From NCBI GenBank assembly GCA_963789395.1, contig CAWBKP010000012.1:256001-320000 (forward strand): a stretch of 64,000 nt of DNA, read 5' to 3'. The position numbers and the translations under genes were made by a program. The notes beneath the pieces are model-generated. The model was not told the DNA's origin, did no database searches, and saw nothing but the letters and a program-made list of their open reading frames with translations. Position 1 is the first letter of the stretch; every line of letters begins with the position of its first letter. This DNA comes from an uncultured delta proteobacterium. GTDB taxonomy: Bacteria > Desulfobacterota > Desulfobacteria > Desulfobacterales > Desulfatirhabdiaceae. Of the stretch, positions 38,882-49,045 are shown piece by piece.

Positions 38882-40678
38882 ATGCTTCAAGATAAAACCA
38901 GCAGCTTATCCCGGTCTTCCCTGATGGAGGAGCGGATTTATCCCGCCATTCTGGAAAAAATCAGGGATGCAGTCATTGCTGTTCATTCATCCGGAATGAT
39001 CAGTTATTTGAACCCGGCAGCAACCACCTGTTTCAACCTTAGTCTTGGTACGCAATTTGAAAGAGCATTTCCGGAGCTGAAACAGCAATTGATCCGAACC
39101 TTGAAAAATCAGCAGAATAGCCTGAATTTGAACGTAACAATCGATCAACGTCAATTTCTGGTCAATTTCTATGCTGTCCGTAAACAGGGTGAATCGACTG
39201 GGGCGTTGTGCGTAATGGAAAATCGCACGGAAATGAATCAGATCATTCAAAAAATGTTATCGTTTCAGGAGCTTTCCCGTGAGCTGGATACGATTATCGA
39301 CTCATCCTATGACGGGTTGTGGATTTGTGACGCCAAAGCAACGGTACTGCGGATCAATTCCGCCTCTGAGCGCCTGAACAATATTCGTGCAGCCGAAGTA
39401 GTCGGCCGCAACATGGCGGACCTGGTAGCGGAAGGATTCATCAACCGGTCCGCAACTCTCGAAGTGATAAAAACCGGGTCCACAGCAACAATGCTCCAGA
39501 ACACCAGTACCGGCCGCAAACTGATGATTACGGGAAGTCCCATCTTTAATGAAACCGGTGTCCTGGTTCGCGTGGTTGTCAACGAACGGGATATCACGGA
39601 AATTGATGCCCTGCATGAGGAGCTTCAGCGGCAGGAAGCCATCAAGAATCAATATCGAAATCACATGCTGGAAATGCAGCTTGCGGAAATGGAATCCCGA
39701 AGAATTATCGCCCGAAGCCCCTGCATGGCCAAGGTGCTGCAGCAGGCCATTAAGGTCAGCAAGGTGGATTCAACGGCCCTGATTCTGGGGGAATCCGGCG
39801 CCGGCAAGGAACTGATCGCGGATCTCATTCATAAGCATTCGAACCGGGCCAGCCAGCCCATGATCAAAATCAACTGCGGCGCCATTCCTGAATCCCTGGT
39901 TGAATCCGAGCTGTTCGGATATGAAAAAGGCGCATTTACCGGAGCCCTGAAACAGGGAAAGCCCGGATATCTCGAGCTGGCCCAGGATGGCCTGCTGTTT
40001 CTCGATGAAATCGCGGAACTTCCCCTGTCCTCCCAGGTCAAGCTTCTCCGGTTTCTGGAAGATGGCCTGGTTTGCCGGGTCGGCGGCGTCAAAAACCGAA
40101 AGCTGAATGTCCGCATTCTGGCGGCCACCAACCGGAGCCTGAAGGAAATGGTCAGCAACGGGGGATTTCGAAAAGATCTGTATTACCGGCTTCATGTCAT
40201 TCCGCTTCATGTACCGCCGCTCCGGGAACGTACAGAATGCATTCTGCCGCTGCTGCATCATTACCTTCATTTTTTTGCAGGTAAAATCGGCAAAACCGAA
40301 TCCATTCATCTTTCCAAACAGGTCACAGAAGCGCTGCTTTCCTATCCCTATCCTGGAAATGTCCGGGAGTTGATCAATATCTGTGAACGGGCAGTGGTCA
40401 TGAGCGAGGGAGAATGGATATCGCTTGACGATCTGCCCCGTGATGTGGCAGATTCCAGAAAGTCCAAAGAACTAACGGGTCTGATGGATTTGTCCCGAAA
40501 CTCCCTGAAAGAACTCATGGAACAATTTGAGCGCTCGGTTCTGGAAAAGGCGTCTGCTCAGTACGCAACCCAGGATAAAATCGCAAAAGCCCTGGGTGTA
40601 GATCAGGCGACCGTTGCCAGAAAATTAAAAAAATACGCAATGACGCTTCACACTTTAAAGTCCAATTCCATGCAATAA
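38882..40678 (+). CDS. Sigma-54-dependent enhancer-binding protein (PAS-PAS-AAA+-HTH)
   Basis: GESGAGKE, ESELFGYEKGAFTGA, FLDEI, DLYYRL, PGNVREL, C-terminal HTH. Confidence 0.95.
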   Translation: MLQDKTSSLSRSSLMEERIYPAILEKIRDAVIAVHSSGMISYLNPAATTCFNLSLGTQFERAFPELKQQLIRTLKNQQNSLNLNVTIDQRQFLVNFYAVRKQGESTGALCVMENRTEMNQIIQKMLSFQELSRELDTIIDSSYDGLWICDAKATVLRINSASERLNNIRAAEVVGRNMADLVAEGFINRSATLEVIKTGSTATMLQNTSTGRKLMITGSPIFNETGVLVRVVVNERDITEIDALHEELQRQEAIKNQYRNHMLEMQLAEMESRRIIARSPCMAKVLQQAIKVSKVDSTALILGESGAGKELIADLIHKHSNRASQPMIKINCGAIPESLVESELFGYEKGAFTGALKQGKPGYLELAQDGLLFLDEIAELPLSSQVKLLRFLEDGLVCRVGGVKNRKLNVRILAATNRSLKEMVSNGGFRKDLYYRLHVIPLHVPPLRERTECILPLLHHYLHFFAGKIGKTESIHLSKQVTEALLSYPYPGNVRELINICERAVVMSEGEWISLDDLPRDVADSRKSKELTGLMDLSRNSLKELMEQFERSVLEKASAQYATQDKIAKALGVDQATVARKLKKYAMTLHTLKSNSMQ

Positions 40679-40687
40679 GATCAACGG

Positions 40688-40717
40688 AACATATTATGCA
40701 ATATTGCATAATATGTT
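40688..40717. promoter_or_regulatory. Perfect 30-bp palindrome containing a third ATGCA-N4-TGCAT box
   Basis: AACATATTATGCAAT|ATTGCATAATATGTT. Confidence 0.6.
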
Positions 40718-41028
40718 TATTCTGCTTTATTGGATGTTCTGCCCCGTCAGAGACAAGGCGTGCTGTCCCGGAGACAATCCTGATTTCTGGACTGAACCGA
40801 GCCAAATGCTGTTAATGCCAATGTCCATTCCAGTTTTATGTTGCACTATCCGTCTTCTCGTTTCTTTATTATCAGATTTAAACTTACATTATTGTTGTTT
40901 ATCAGTCCATTTTCATACATCGAATGAGTTTTAAATATTTTTTGTCATTTTTTTTAACAGTTCTGATTAATCATCAATTTCAGATAGTTTTATTCAGCCC
41001 GGTTACCTTGAAAACCCGTCTTGTGCTG

Positions 41029-41044
41029 TGGCATATAGATTGCA
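41029..41044 (+). promoter_or_regulatory. Sigma-54 promoter of the ABC importer operon
   Basis: TGGCAT-ATAGA-TTGCA, 70 bp before the SBP ATG. Confidence 0.8.
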
Positions 41045-41113
41045 GTGAATACCCATCACAGCTCGCTGTATCGTTGTCTTGTATTAATTAACATTCTACT
41101 ATAGGAGGCAAGC

Positions 41114-42349
41114 ATGAAGGGAATAACAAAATTACTGGCATTATTATTGGTTTTAGCATTATCAGTACCAGTGTGGGCGGATGAAGCGCGCGACTTTTTC
41201 AAGGTCGGTGTGATCACCTCTCTTTCCGGAAGTCTGGCCACTGGCGGCAATGTCACCAAGCGCGGTTATGATCTCTGGGCGGATGCCGTGAATGCCGCAG
41301 GCGGTATTGAAATTCAGGGTAAAAAATACCCCGTGAAACTCTTTTATGGAGACGATCAGTCCGAACCGGCCCAAGGCGCATCCGCAGCAGAGCGGTTGGC
41401 CTCCCAGGAGAAAGTGGACTTTGTTCTGGGTCCCTATGCTTCCGGCCTGACCCTGGCTGCAGCCCCGGTTCTGGAAAAATTTAAAATCCCCATGATCACC
41501 GGTTCCGCGGAATCTCCCATGATCTGGAAAGAAAAATTCCGATACACCTTCGGCACCATTCCACCGGTGAATTATACCGGCTCAGCGCCCATCAACACGA
41601 TAGCAAACCTGAATCCCAAACCCAAAACCGCCCTCATATTAGGCTCCAACGACACATTTTCCAAAGCCACTGCCGAGGCATTTCAGGATGCGGCTGTCAA
41701 GGCTGGAATCAAGGTTCTCAAATTCAATATCGTTCCTTCCGGACAAGACCTGATTCCCTATCTGTCAGCCGCCAAAGCCATGCAGCCGGACCTTATCGCT
41801 TTTGGCGGACATGATGAAGAACTGATAAAACTGGTCAAAGCCCTGAATCAGATCAATTACACACCCAAAGCGCTTTTGATGCACTATGGCGTCACCGAGC
41901 CTGCGTTTATCGAAGCACTTGGGAAGAACGCGGATCAGGTTTTCGGCGCATCCGTCTGGACCGAAACCATTAAAACCAAGGGTGAAGTGCTGTGGCCGGA
42001 TGCCAAAAGTTATGCCGATGCCGCGATGAAAGCCTACAATGTACCGGCCGATTATACTCAAGCGGGTTCTTCCGCCGCCGGGATCGCCTTTCAGATGGCG
42101 TTGATCAAGATCAATGCCGTGCCTCCCCTGGATGAGAAAAAACGGGACGAATTGGTCGGCGCGCTTGAGAAGTTGAAAGTTCAGTCTTTCTACGGCCAGA
42201 TCAGCTTTGCCACCGAAGGCCAGTTCTACCATGCCAATGTCGGCCTCACTCCGCTGACCATCCAGATTCAAAACGGGAAAGTCGTTGTGGTTGGCCCGGA
42301 CAATCTGGCGGAAAGCAAGCCGATATATCCCATGAAAGCCAAGAAATAA
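41114..42349 (+). CDS. Amino-acid ABC transporter substrate-binding protein (Liv family)
   Basis: Signal peptide, GVITSLSG, NAAGGI, DDQSEP, LGPYASG; AGGAGG RBS. Confidence 0.9.
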   Translation: MKGITKLLALLLVLALSVPVWADEARDFFKVGVITSLSGSLATGGNVTKRGYDLWADAVNAAGGIEIQGKKYPVKLFYGDDQSEPAQGASAAERLASQEKVDFVLGPYASGLTLAAAPVLEKFKIPMITGSAESPMIWKEKFRYTFGTIPPVNYTGSAPINTIANLNPKPKTALILGSNDTFSKATAEAFQDAAVKAGIKVLKFNIVPSGQDLIPYLSAAKAMQPDLIAFGGHDEELIKLVKALNQINYTPKALLMHYGVTEPAFIEALGKNADQVFGASVWTETIKTKGEVLWPDAKSYADAAMKAYNVPADYTQAGSSAAGIAFQMALIKINAVPPLDEKKRDELVGALEKLKVQSFYGQISFATEGQFYHANVGLTPLTIQIQNGKVVVVGPDNLAESKPIYPMKAKK

Positions 42350-42404
42350 GGTTTTTTTGCAACGTATCAGTTCAGGTGGATAAACTGAAATTTTAATCGC
42401 AAAA

Positions 42405-42500
42405 ATAATCCCCCCCTTTGAAAAGGGGGGCCAGGGGGGATTTTTGACAACTATCCTGCTGAAAAACTCCCCTTCAGTCCCTCTTTTGAAAAGGGGGAAG
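42405..42500. repeat. REP-like G/C-run hairpin element (copy 1)
   Basis: CCCCCCTTTGAAAAGGGGGGCCAGGGGGGATTTTT...CCCTCTTTTGAAAAGGGGGAAG. Confidence 0.65.
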
Positions 42501-42533
42501 ATACCGGTTGTTATCATCCATTGGAGCTATCAT

Positions 42534-43418
42534 ATGGAATTATTGCCTCAGGCCACAATCGACGGCCTTCTGATCGGCGGCATTTATATCACCATTGCCA
42601 TCGGTTTTTCACTGGCCTACGGCGTCATGCACATCATCGATTTTGCCGTCGGCGAATGGATCATGCTGGGGGCTTTTCTGGGATATTACCTGAACCTGTG
42701 GACTGTTCTGGATCCGTTTATTCTCCTGCCGGCAATTTTTCTGGTTTTCGGCTTGATCGGATACCTGGTTCAGCCGCTTGTATACCGGGTGATCAGCGGC
42801 AAAAAAGGTAATCCCGTCCTGATGGGGCTGGTCTTTACGTTTGGACTGGCATTGATGTTCCGTGGCATGGCTTTGACCGGATTTGGATTTTATTCCCACT
42901 CCATTCCTTCCGCCATTTCTCAGGACTCCTTCTTTCTGGAAATGGGCAGCGTTTTTATCACCATTCCCTACGTGCGTCTTGCCGGATTGGTATACGCCCT
43001 TGCCATTACCCTGGTGCTGCATTTTGTCCTGAAGAAAACCGACTTTGGCCGTGCTGTAAGGGCCCTTTCCCAGCACCGCGAAGCCTCGGGGCTGATGGGG
43101 ATAAACGCCAAGCGGATCAGTTCTTATGTTTACGGCATTTACGTGGGGCTCAGCGCCATGACCGGCGTCATCATCGGCAGCATTTTCACCATCAACGCCC
43201 AGATGGGCGGAGAATATACGATACTGGCGTTTTTTATCGTGGTTCTGGCCGGCATGGGATATCTGGCAGGGGTTCCGTGGGCTGCCTTTCTGCTGGGTCT
43301 GGTTCAGTCGTTTTTTCTGATCTATCTGAATCCCAGTTACACCCTGATGGCTGTATTCGGCATTCTGTTCACTATTTTATTAATTTCCCCCAAAGGGCTT
43401 TTTGGAAGAGGCGTATGA
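42534..43418 (+). CDS. ABC permease (LivH-like)
   Basis: DGLLIGGIY..IAIGFSLAYGVM, FGRAVRA, VVLAGMG, PKGLFG. Confidence 0.9.
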   Translation: MELLPQATIDGLLIGGIYITIAIGFSLAYGVMHIIDFAVGEWIMLGAFLGYYLNLWTVLDPFILLPAIFLVFGLIGYLVQPLVYRVISGKKGNPVLMGLVFTFGLALMFRGMALTGFGFYSHSIPSAISQDSFFLEMGSVFITIPYVRLAGLVYALAITLVLHFVLKKTDFGRAVRALSQHREASGLMGINAKRISSYVYGIYVGLSAMTGVIIGSIFTINAQMGGEYTILAFFIVVLAGMGYLAGVPWAAFLLGLVQSFFLIYLNPSYTLMAVFGILFTILLISPKGLFGRGV

Positions 43419-44395
43419 GCCGAAAGTATCTCTTACTTATTCTGGCATTCGGCGTCCTGCTGGCTGTGCCTTCCGTGATCCAAGACACTTTTTTCCTCAG
43501 GATCATCACTGAAGCGATTCTCTGGATCGGCCTGGCCATTTCCTGGGATGTCCTGGCAGGGTATACCGGTTATTTGAATTTCGGGCATGGCGCTTTTTTC
43601 GGCATCGGGGCATATACGACCGCTCTGCTCATGAAGTTATGCGGTTGGTCATTTTTCCTTGCGCTTCCGGTTGCCGGAATGGCAGCCGGCATTGTTGCAT
43701 TGATCGCGGGCATTCCGACGCTCCGGCTTAAGGGTGCCTATTTTGCCATCGCTACCTGGGCGCTGTCCCGGGCCATTCAGCAAATCGCACTGGTCATGGA
43801 TATCACCGGCGGACCCGACGGCATGAGACTTCCCCCGTTTTTGCACCCTGAGTTTTTTTATTATCTCATGCTCGGGGTTGTTGGCGGCATTTTTGCGCTG
43901 TACTGGTTCCTGCTGGAAAAAGCCCCTTTCGGACTCAAGGTCAAAGCCATCCGCGAAGATGACCAAAGCGCCATGTCCCTTGGACTGAATCCTACCTGGA
44001 TCAAGCTCCAGGCATTTATCCTCTCTGCGGTTCCGACCGGGATACTGGGAGCCATTTACGCATACTGGATCACTTACATTGATCCGGCATCCGTTCTGGG
44101 GGACCTGGTTACGGACCAGGCGGTAGTCATGGCGGTATTCGGAGGATTGGGAACCCTGATCGGCCCCGCCATCGGCGCCATCATCATTTATTTATTCAAA
44201 ACCTATTTCTGGGCGTATCTGTCCGATTATCAGGTTCTGTATCTAATTATCCTGGGAGGGGTGATAGCCGCAAGCGTCGTATTCCTTCCCAATGGTCTCT
44301 GGGGAACGATAACCAGCTATCTGCAAACACGGAAAGCATTAAAAAAGGAAGCGGTTTCTCAAGGAAAAACCGATAAAGGAGCCAACCATGTCTGA
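43415..44395 (+). CDS. ABC permease (LivM-like)
   Basis: GYTGYLNFGHGAFFGIGAY, LRLKGAYFAIAT, AIREDD, GGLGTLIGP. Confidence 0.9.
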   Translation: MSRKYLLLILAFGVLLAVPSVIQDTFFLRIITEAILWIGLAISWDVLAGYTGYLNFGHGAFFGIGAYTTALLMKLCGWSFFLALPVAGMAAGIVALIAGIPTLRLKGAYFAIATWALSRAIQQIALVMDITGGPDGMRLPPFLHPEFFYYLMLGVVGGIFALYWFLLEKAPFGLKVKAIREDDQSAMSLGLNPTWIKLQAFILSAVPTGILGAIYAYWITYIDPASVLGDLVTDQAVVMAVFGGLGTLIGPAIGAIIIYLFKTYFWAYLSDYQVLYLIILGGVIAASVVFLPNGLWGTITSYLQTRKALKKEAVSQGKTDKGANHV

Positions 44396-45113
44396 ACCAC
44401 TCCTCCAAGTCAATGCCGTCACCAAAACTTTTGGAGGACTGCACGCGGTGTTCCAGGTTTCCTTTCATATGGCTCCCGGTGAGATTATCGGACTTATTGG
44501 CCCCAACGGTGCGGGTAAAACGACCCTGTTCAATGTGATCAGCGGTTTTTACGCGCCAAGCAACGGGCAAATCCATTTCAAGGGACACGACATCAGTGGA
44601 AAACCCCCTTACAAGCTGGCGGTTCTCGGCATCGGCCGCACCTTTCAGGTAGTAAAACCCTTTGCCGGTCTGACTGTCCTTGAAAATGTCATCATCGCTT
44701 CCTTTGCACGTCATCCCAAACGCCGCCAGGCGGAACAGCATGCCTGGCGGATTCTGGAAACAACGGGTCTCGCGGATCGGGCCGATGCCCAGGCTTCCAG
44801 CTTGACGCTGGCCGGCCGAAAGCGGCTTGAGGTCAGCAAGGCCCTGGCCCTGGAGCCGACACTGCTCCTTCTGGATGAAGTGGTTGCAGGCCTGAATCCG
44901 ACTGAGGCGGACCGGACCATCGAACTGATTCTTTCACTGCGCGACCAGGGGATCACGATATTGATTGTCGAGCATATCATGCGGGTCATCATGAACATCA
45001 GCGACCGCGTCGTGGTACTCAATTTCGGCCAGAAAATCGCAGAAGGCATTCCCAGAGATGTGGCCAGAAATCCCGATGTCATCCAGGCGTATCTGGGGGA
45101 GGTGCCGCAATGA
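44388..45113 (+). CDS. ABC ATP-binding protein (LivG-like)
   Basis: FGGLHAV, GPNGAGKTT, RTFQ, LLDE, AYLG. Confidence 0.9.
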   Translation: MSEPLLQVNAVTKTFGGLHAVFQVSFHMAPGEIIGLIGPNGAGKTTLFNVISGFYAPSNGQIHFKGHDISGKPPYKLAVLGIGRTFQVVKPFAGLTVLENVIIASFARHPKRRQAEQHAWRILETTGLADRADAQASSLTLAGRKRLEVSKALALEPTLLLLDEVVAGLNPTEADRTIELILSLRDQGITILIVEHIMRVIMNISDRVVVLNFGQKIAEGIPRDVARNPDVIQAYLGEVPQ

Positions 45114-45820
45114 ATATTTTAAATGCAAAAGCGATTTCGGTTTACTACGGGGATATACAAGCCCTGTGGGACATCTCCTTATCCGTCACCTCAGGACAGA
45201 TTGTGGCCCTTCTCGGGACCAACGGCGCCGGTAAAACCACGACCCTGAAAACGATCTGCGGTTTGCTTTCCAGCACATCCGGTCAAATAGACTTTGAAGG
45301 AAAGATCATCAGCGGTCTTCCGGTCCATGATATCGCCAATCTGGGGATTACACTGGTTCCCGAAGGCAGGCAGCTCTTTCCAAAAATGAATGTAGAGGAA
45401 AATCTGCTGATCGGCTCCTACCTCAGACGGACGCATGTCCACAGGGCTGCAAATCTGAGCAAAGTCTATGAACTTTTCCCCCGTCTTGCGGAAAGAAAAA
45501 ACCAAACCGCGGAAACCCTTTCCGGCGGTGAGCAGCAGATGGTGGCCATCGGCAGGGCCTTGATGCAGAGCCCGAAACTCATCATGTTCGACGAGCCCAG
45601 CCTGGGGTTGTCGCCAATTCTGGTCCAGGAAGTGTTCCGCGTTATCGAAGAACTTCACAGCCAGGGACTGACGATTTTTCTGGTCGAACAGAATGTTCAC
45701 CAGACGCTTAAAATCGCCGACTACTGTTATGTGATGGAAAACGGCAGCGTTGTCAAGGAAGGCACGGGAAAGGATCTGGAAAAGGACGCCTCGATCCGGG
45801 AGACGTATCTGGGATTCTGA
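45110..45820 (+). CDS. ABC ATP-binding protein (LivF-like)
   Basis: GTNGAGKTT, VPEGRQLF, LSGGEQQM, DEPSLGL. Confidence 0.9.
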   Translation: MNILNAKAISVYYGDIQALWDISLSVTSGQIVALLGTNGAGKTTTLKTICGLLSSTSGQIDFEGKIISGLPVHDIANLGITLVPEGRQLFPKMNVEENLLIGSYLRRTHVHRAANLSKVYELFPRLAERKNQTAETLSGGEQQMVAIGRALMQSPKLIMFDEPSLGLSPILVQEVFRVIEELHSQGLTIFLVEQNVHQTLKIADYCYVMENGSVVKEGTGKDLEKDASIRETYLGF

Positions 45821-45827
45821 GAAAAAA

Positions 45828-46403
45828 ATGATCACTCCCGTAATGAGACTTCAGCTGCCTGCCTGGGTGGATCAGTTCCTTGCGGATTCACCCGGAAGAT
45901 TTCCGGGAATAGAAGAAAGAATGCGATTTGTGCTGGAGCTTTCCCGCCTGAATGTCATGAATGGAACCGGGGGGCCCTTCGGGGCGGCGGTGTTTGACGG
46001 TGACGGATGGTTGATCGCTCCGGGGATCAATTTGGTCGTCATTTCGAACTGCTCTCTTTTGCATGCGGAAATGGTGGCGCTGGCCGGCGCCCAGCAGAAA
46101 CTGGAACGCTATGATATCGGCGACGGCGGCAAGCACCACTTCGATCTCTTTGCCACGACCGAACCCTGCGCCATGTGCTTTGGCGCCATTCCCTGGTCCG
46201 GGGTGAGCCGACTGGTCTGCGGGGCAAGGGATGAAGACGCCCGTGCAATCGGTTTCGATGAAGGCCCTAAACTTGCCGACTGGGTGGCTGCCCTCAATGA
46301 ACGGGGCATCACCGTCCTTCGCGACGTCCTTCGCAATGAGGCAGTAACGGTGCTTCAAAGCTATATCACATCAGGTGGCACCATTTACAACGCCGGTCAT
46401 TAA
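45828..46403 (+). CDS. Zn-dependent nucleoside/nucleobase deaminase (cytidine deaminase fold, GuaD-like)
   Basis: GGPFGAAV, HAE, EPCAMC.GAI.W, IGFDEG. Confidence 0.85.
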   Translation: MITPVMRLQLPAWVDQFLADSPGRFPGIEERMRFVLELSRLNVMNGTGGPFGAAVFDGDGWLIAPGINLVVISNCSLLHAEMVALAGAQQKLERYDIGDGGKHHFDLFATTEPCAMCFGAIPWSGVSRLVCGARDEDARAIGFDEGPKLADWVAALNERGITVLRDVLRNEAVTVLQSYITSGGTIYNAGH

Positions 46404-46471
46404 GTCTCCCTTTCCGTGGTTTCGCTTCCCCTGCCCGCTGATTCCCGGCACCAGTGATCTTCTTCTCAGCT

Positions 46472-47540
46472 TCAGACCAGAGCCATGGCTTTTTCCGGAC
46501 AGATCTCCTGACAGCAGAAACAGCGGATGCAGATCTCTGGGTCCGCTTCCGGATACTCCCCATTCATCGACAGAGCGGAAACCGGACATTGATCGATGCA
46601 GGCGCCACACCCTGTACAAAGTTCTACATTTGCCTGAGGTTGAAGCAAAGTCGGTCTCTGAAGGATATCCTGAACGACAGGGTTATTCATATTTGCCTCA
46701 CCGCCGAGAGGTGGCAATTTAAAATCCGGCAGTTGTTTGAGTTCCCCGATGATTTCAATCAGTATTCAGGTCATAATCGCCCAGACCAAGACTTTTTGCC
46801 TTGCGGAGAAATCCCAGCTTGGCCGGATCGCATCCCATCATGGTCGCAATGACGGCATCCAGGGCTACGGCATTGTCCGATGCCAGGATGAGTCCGATGT
46901 CTCTCAGCTCCGGTGACGCCGGACCGTTTCCTTCCATTCCAACCACCGCATCCACAATGAAAAGATCGGGAACCCTTAGCCGGAATACGTCCACAATCAT
47001 TTCATGGAACCGCGCCGGGCTGCCCGCAGCCTTGTGAAGCCTGGCTTTTTGTGCGCCGGGCAGAAAGCCGTAACTGTTCTTGATGGCCCCGGTTATTACC
47101 GTCAGCCCATGGGTTTTGAACTTGGGCAGACTGATAATGATATCCGCGTCCAGAACCGCACGAGAGAGACTCACCGTCGGCATATATTCCGCGTTAAAAT
47201 CCATTTTCCGTGAATCGGTGCCGATATTTTGGTAATAGCCGCCGGAGGCTTCCATAAGGCCCGTTTTCCTGAAACTCTCCTCGTTGGCGCCATAGCTGAA
47301 CACACCCGGATTGTCGCCCACGACAATCGAAGCCGGTTTCATGGATTCGACCCGTTCGACCACTGCACGCAGCACTGCCGGATTGGTTACGATCGCCTCA
47401 TTGGCCTCGGATGCTCTCAGGACATTGGGTTTAATCAATACTTTCCTGCCATTCAGTTCCAGGGGAAAAATTTCAAATGCCCGGGCTATCGCCCGCCGGA
47501 CATCTTCGTAAGTTGCTGGCTGGATCATCACGGTTGACAT
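46472..47540 (-). CDS. DUF362-domain protein with C-terminal 2x[4Fe-4S], split by a +1 frameshift at ~46763
   Basis: VLIKPN, SLPKFKTH, TGAIKN, DAVVGMEGNGP; downstream frame CTGCGACIDQCP and CIRCFCCQEICP. Confidence 0.85.
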
Positions 47541-47731
47541 GGCGGTACCTCTTTTATTGGATTTTGGAAGGATCGATGACTGTATGTCTGATAATACTGC
47601 AAATAACGAACAGTATCCACAGAAATATTGATTCTGTGAATCTCCAACCGCAAAGATGAGATTCGCCCAGCCATCGCCGGTAATTTCATATGATAATCCG
47701 GTTAGTATAAATAACGAACGACCGTTTTTTA

Positions 47732-47760
47732 TTGACAGGCGCGCTACATTGGAATATTTT
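47732..47760 (+). promoter_or_regulatory. Putative sigma-70 promoter of the ACAD operon
   Basis: TTGACA-N17-TATTTT. Confidence 0.4.
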
Positions 47761-47838
47761 CATATGAAACAGCCATGGTTTTATTATTCAGTTAAGTTCC
47801 ATTTAAATACTCGGCAAGCGGTCAAATAGGAGGCGGTT

Positions 47839-49044
47839 ATGGATTTTAGCGTATCGGAAAAAATGCTGACCATTACACAAATGATTGATGAATTTGTGCT
47901 AAAAGAAATCATTCCCCTGGAACCGGCGTTGCTGGCACGGGGATTCAAGGCCCTCTTGCCCGATCTTGAAAAAAAACGCCGGATGGTCAAACAGATGGAG
48001 TTATGGGCCCCGAACCATCCAAAAGAATATGGCGGCATGGGGCTTAATCTGAAAGAGCATGCTCTGGTTTCCGAATGCCTGGGCCGCTCGATCCTGGGCC
48101 ATTATGTTTTTGGCTGCCAGGCGCCGGATGCAGGCAATATTGAGATTCTGCACATGTTCGGCACCCCGGAGCAGAAAGAAACATGGCTGCCCCCCCTGGT
48201 ATCGGGCAAAATCCGAAGCTGCTTTTCCATGACCGAAGTGGAAATGCCGGGGTCCAATCCGGTAATGATGGATACCACGGCCGTCAAGGATGGCGACGAC
48301 TATATAATCAACGGCCAGAAATGGTACACCTCCTCATCCGATGGGGCCAGATTCGCGATTGTCATGGCCGTGACCAACCCGGAAGCCTCCCCCTATCAGC
48401 GGGCGAGCATGATCATCGTCCCCACTGACACGCCGGGATTCAACCAGGTGAGAAACATTCCGGTGATGGGCGAGGCCGGCGAGGACTATTTCGGACATGG
48501 CGAGATCCTTTACCAGAACTGCCGCGTGCCCCAGTCCAACCTGCTGGGCCCGGAGGGCAGCGCCTTCGCCATTGCCCAGGAACGTCTGGGGCCTGGCAGG
48601 ATCCACCACTGCATGCGCTGGATCGGCATCTGCAACCGCTGTTTCGATCTCATGTGTTCACGGGCACTCAGCCGGCCCATTGCACCCGGCAAAACTCTGG
48701 CTTATAAAGAGATTATTCAGGCCTGGATTGCCGAATGCGCCGCCGATATTCAGGCCGCGCGCCTCATGGTACTTTATACCGCGGACAGGATCGACAAAGT
48801 TGGCGCAAAAGAAGCCCGCATCGAAATTTCCATGATCAAATATGTCGTTGCCAACACCATGATGAAGGTGATCGACCGGGCCCTTCAGGTACACGGGGGC
48901 CTCGGCATGACGGACGACACGATCATTGCCTTTTTTTATCGTCATGAACGGGCCAGCCGGATTTACGATGGCGCAGACGAGGTGCACAAGCTCTCCGTGG
49001 CCCGCCAGATTCTAAAGAAATACGCCGGGAAGAAAGCCAATTAA
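47839..49044 (+). CDS. Acyl-CoA dehydrogenase (ACAD10/11-like subfamily)
   Basis: CQAPDAGNIEIL, SCFSMTE, AQERLGPGRIHHCMR, RIYDGADEVH. Confidence 0.9.
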   Translation: MDFSVSEKMLTITQMIDEFVLKEIIPLEPALLARGFKALLPDLEKKRRMVKQMELWAPNHPKEYGGMGLNLKEHALVSECLGRSILGHYVFGCQAPDAGNIEILHMFGTPEQKETWLPPLVSGKIRSCFSMTEVEMPGSNPVMMDTTAVKDGDDYIINGQKWYTSSSDGARFAIVMAVTNPEASPYQRASMIIVPTDTPGFNQVRNIPVMGEAGEDYFGHGEILYQNCRVPQSNLLGPEGSAFAIAQERLGPGRIHHCMRWIGICNRCFDLMCSRALSRPIAPGKTLAYKEIIQAWIAECAADIQAARLMVLYTADRIDKVGAKEARIEISMIKYVVANTMMKVIDRALQVHGGLGMTDDTIIAFFYRHERASRIYDGADEVHKLSVARQILKKYAGKKAN

Positions 49045-49045
49045 T

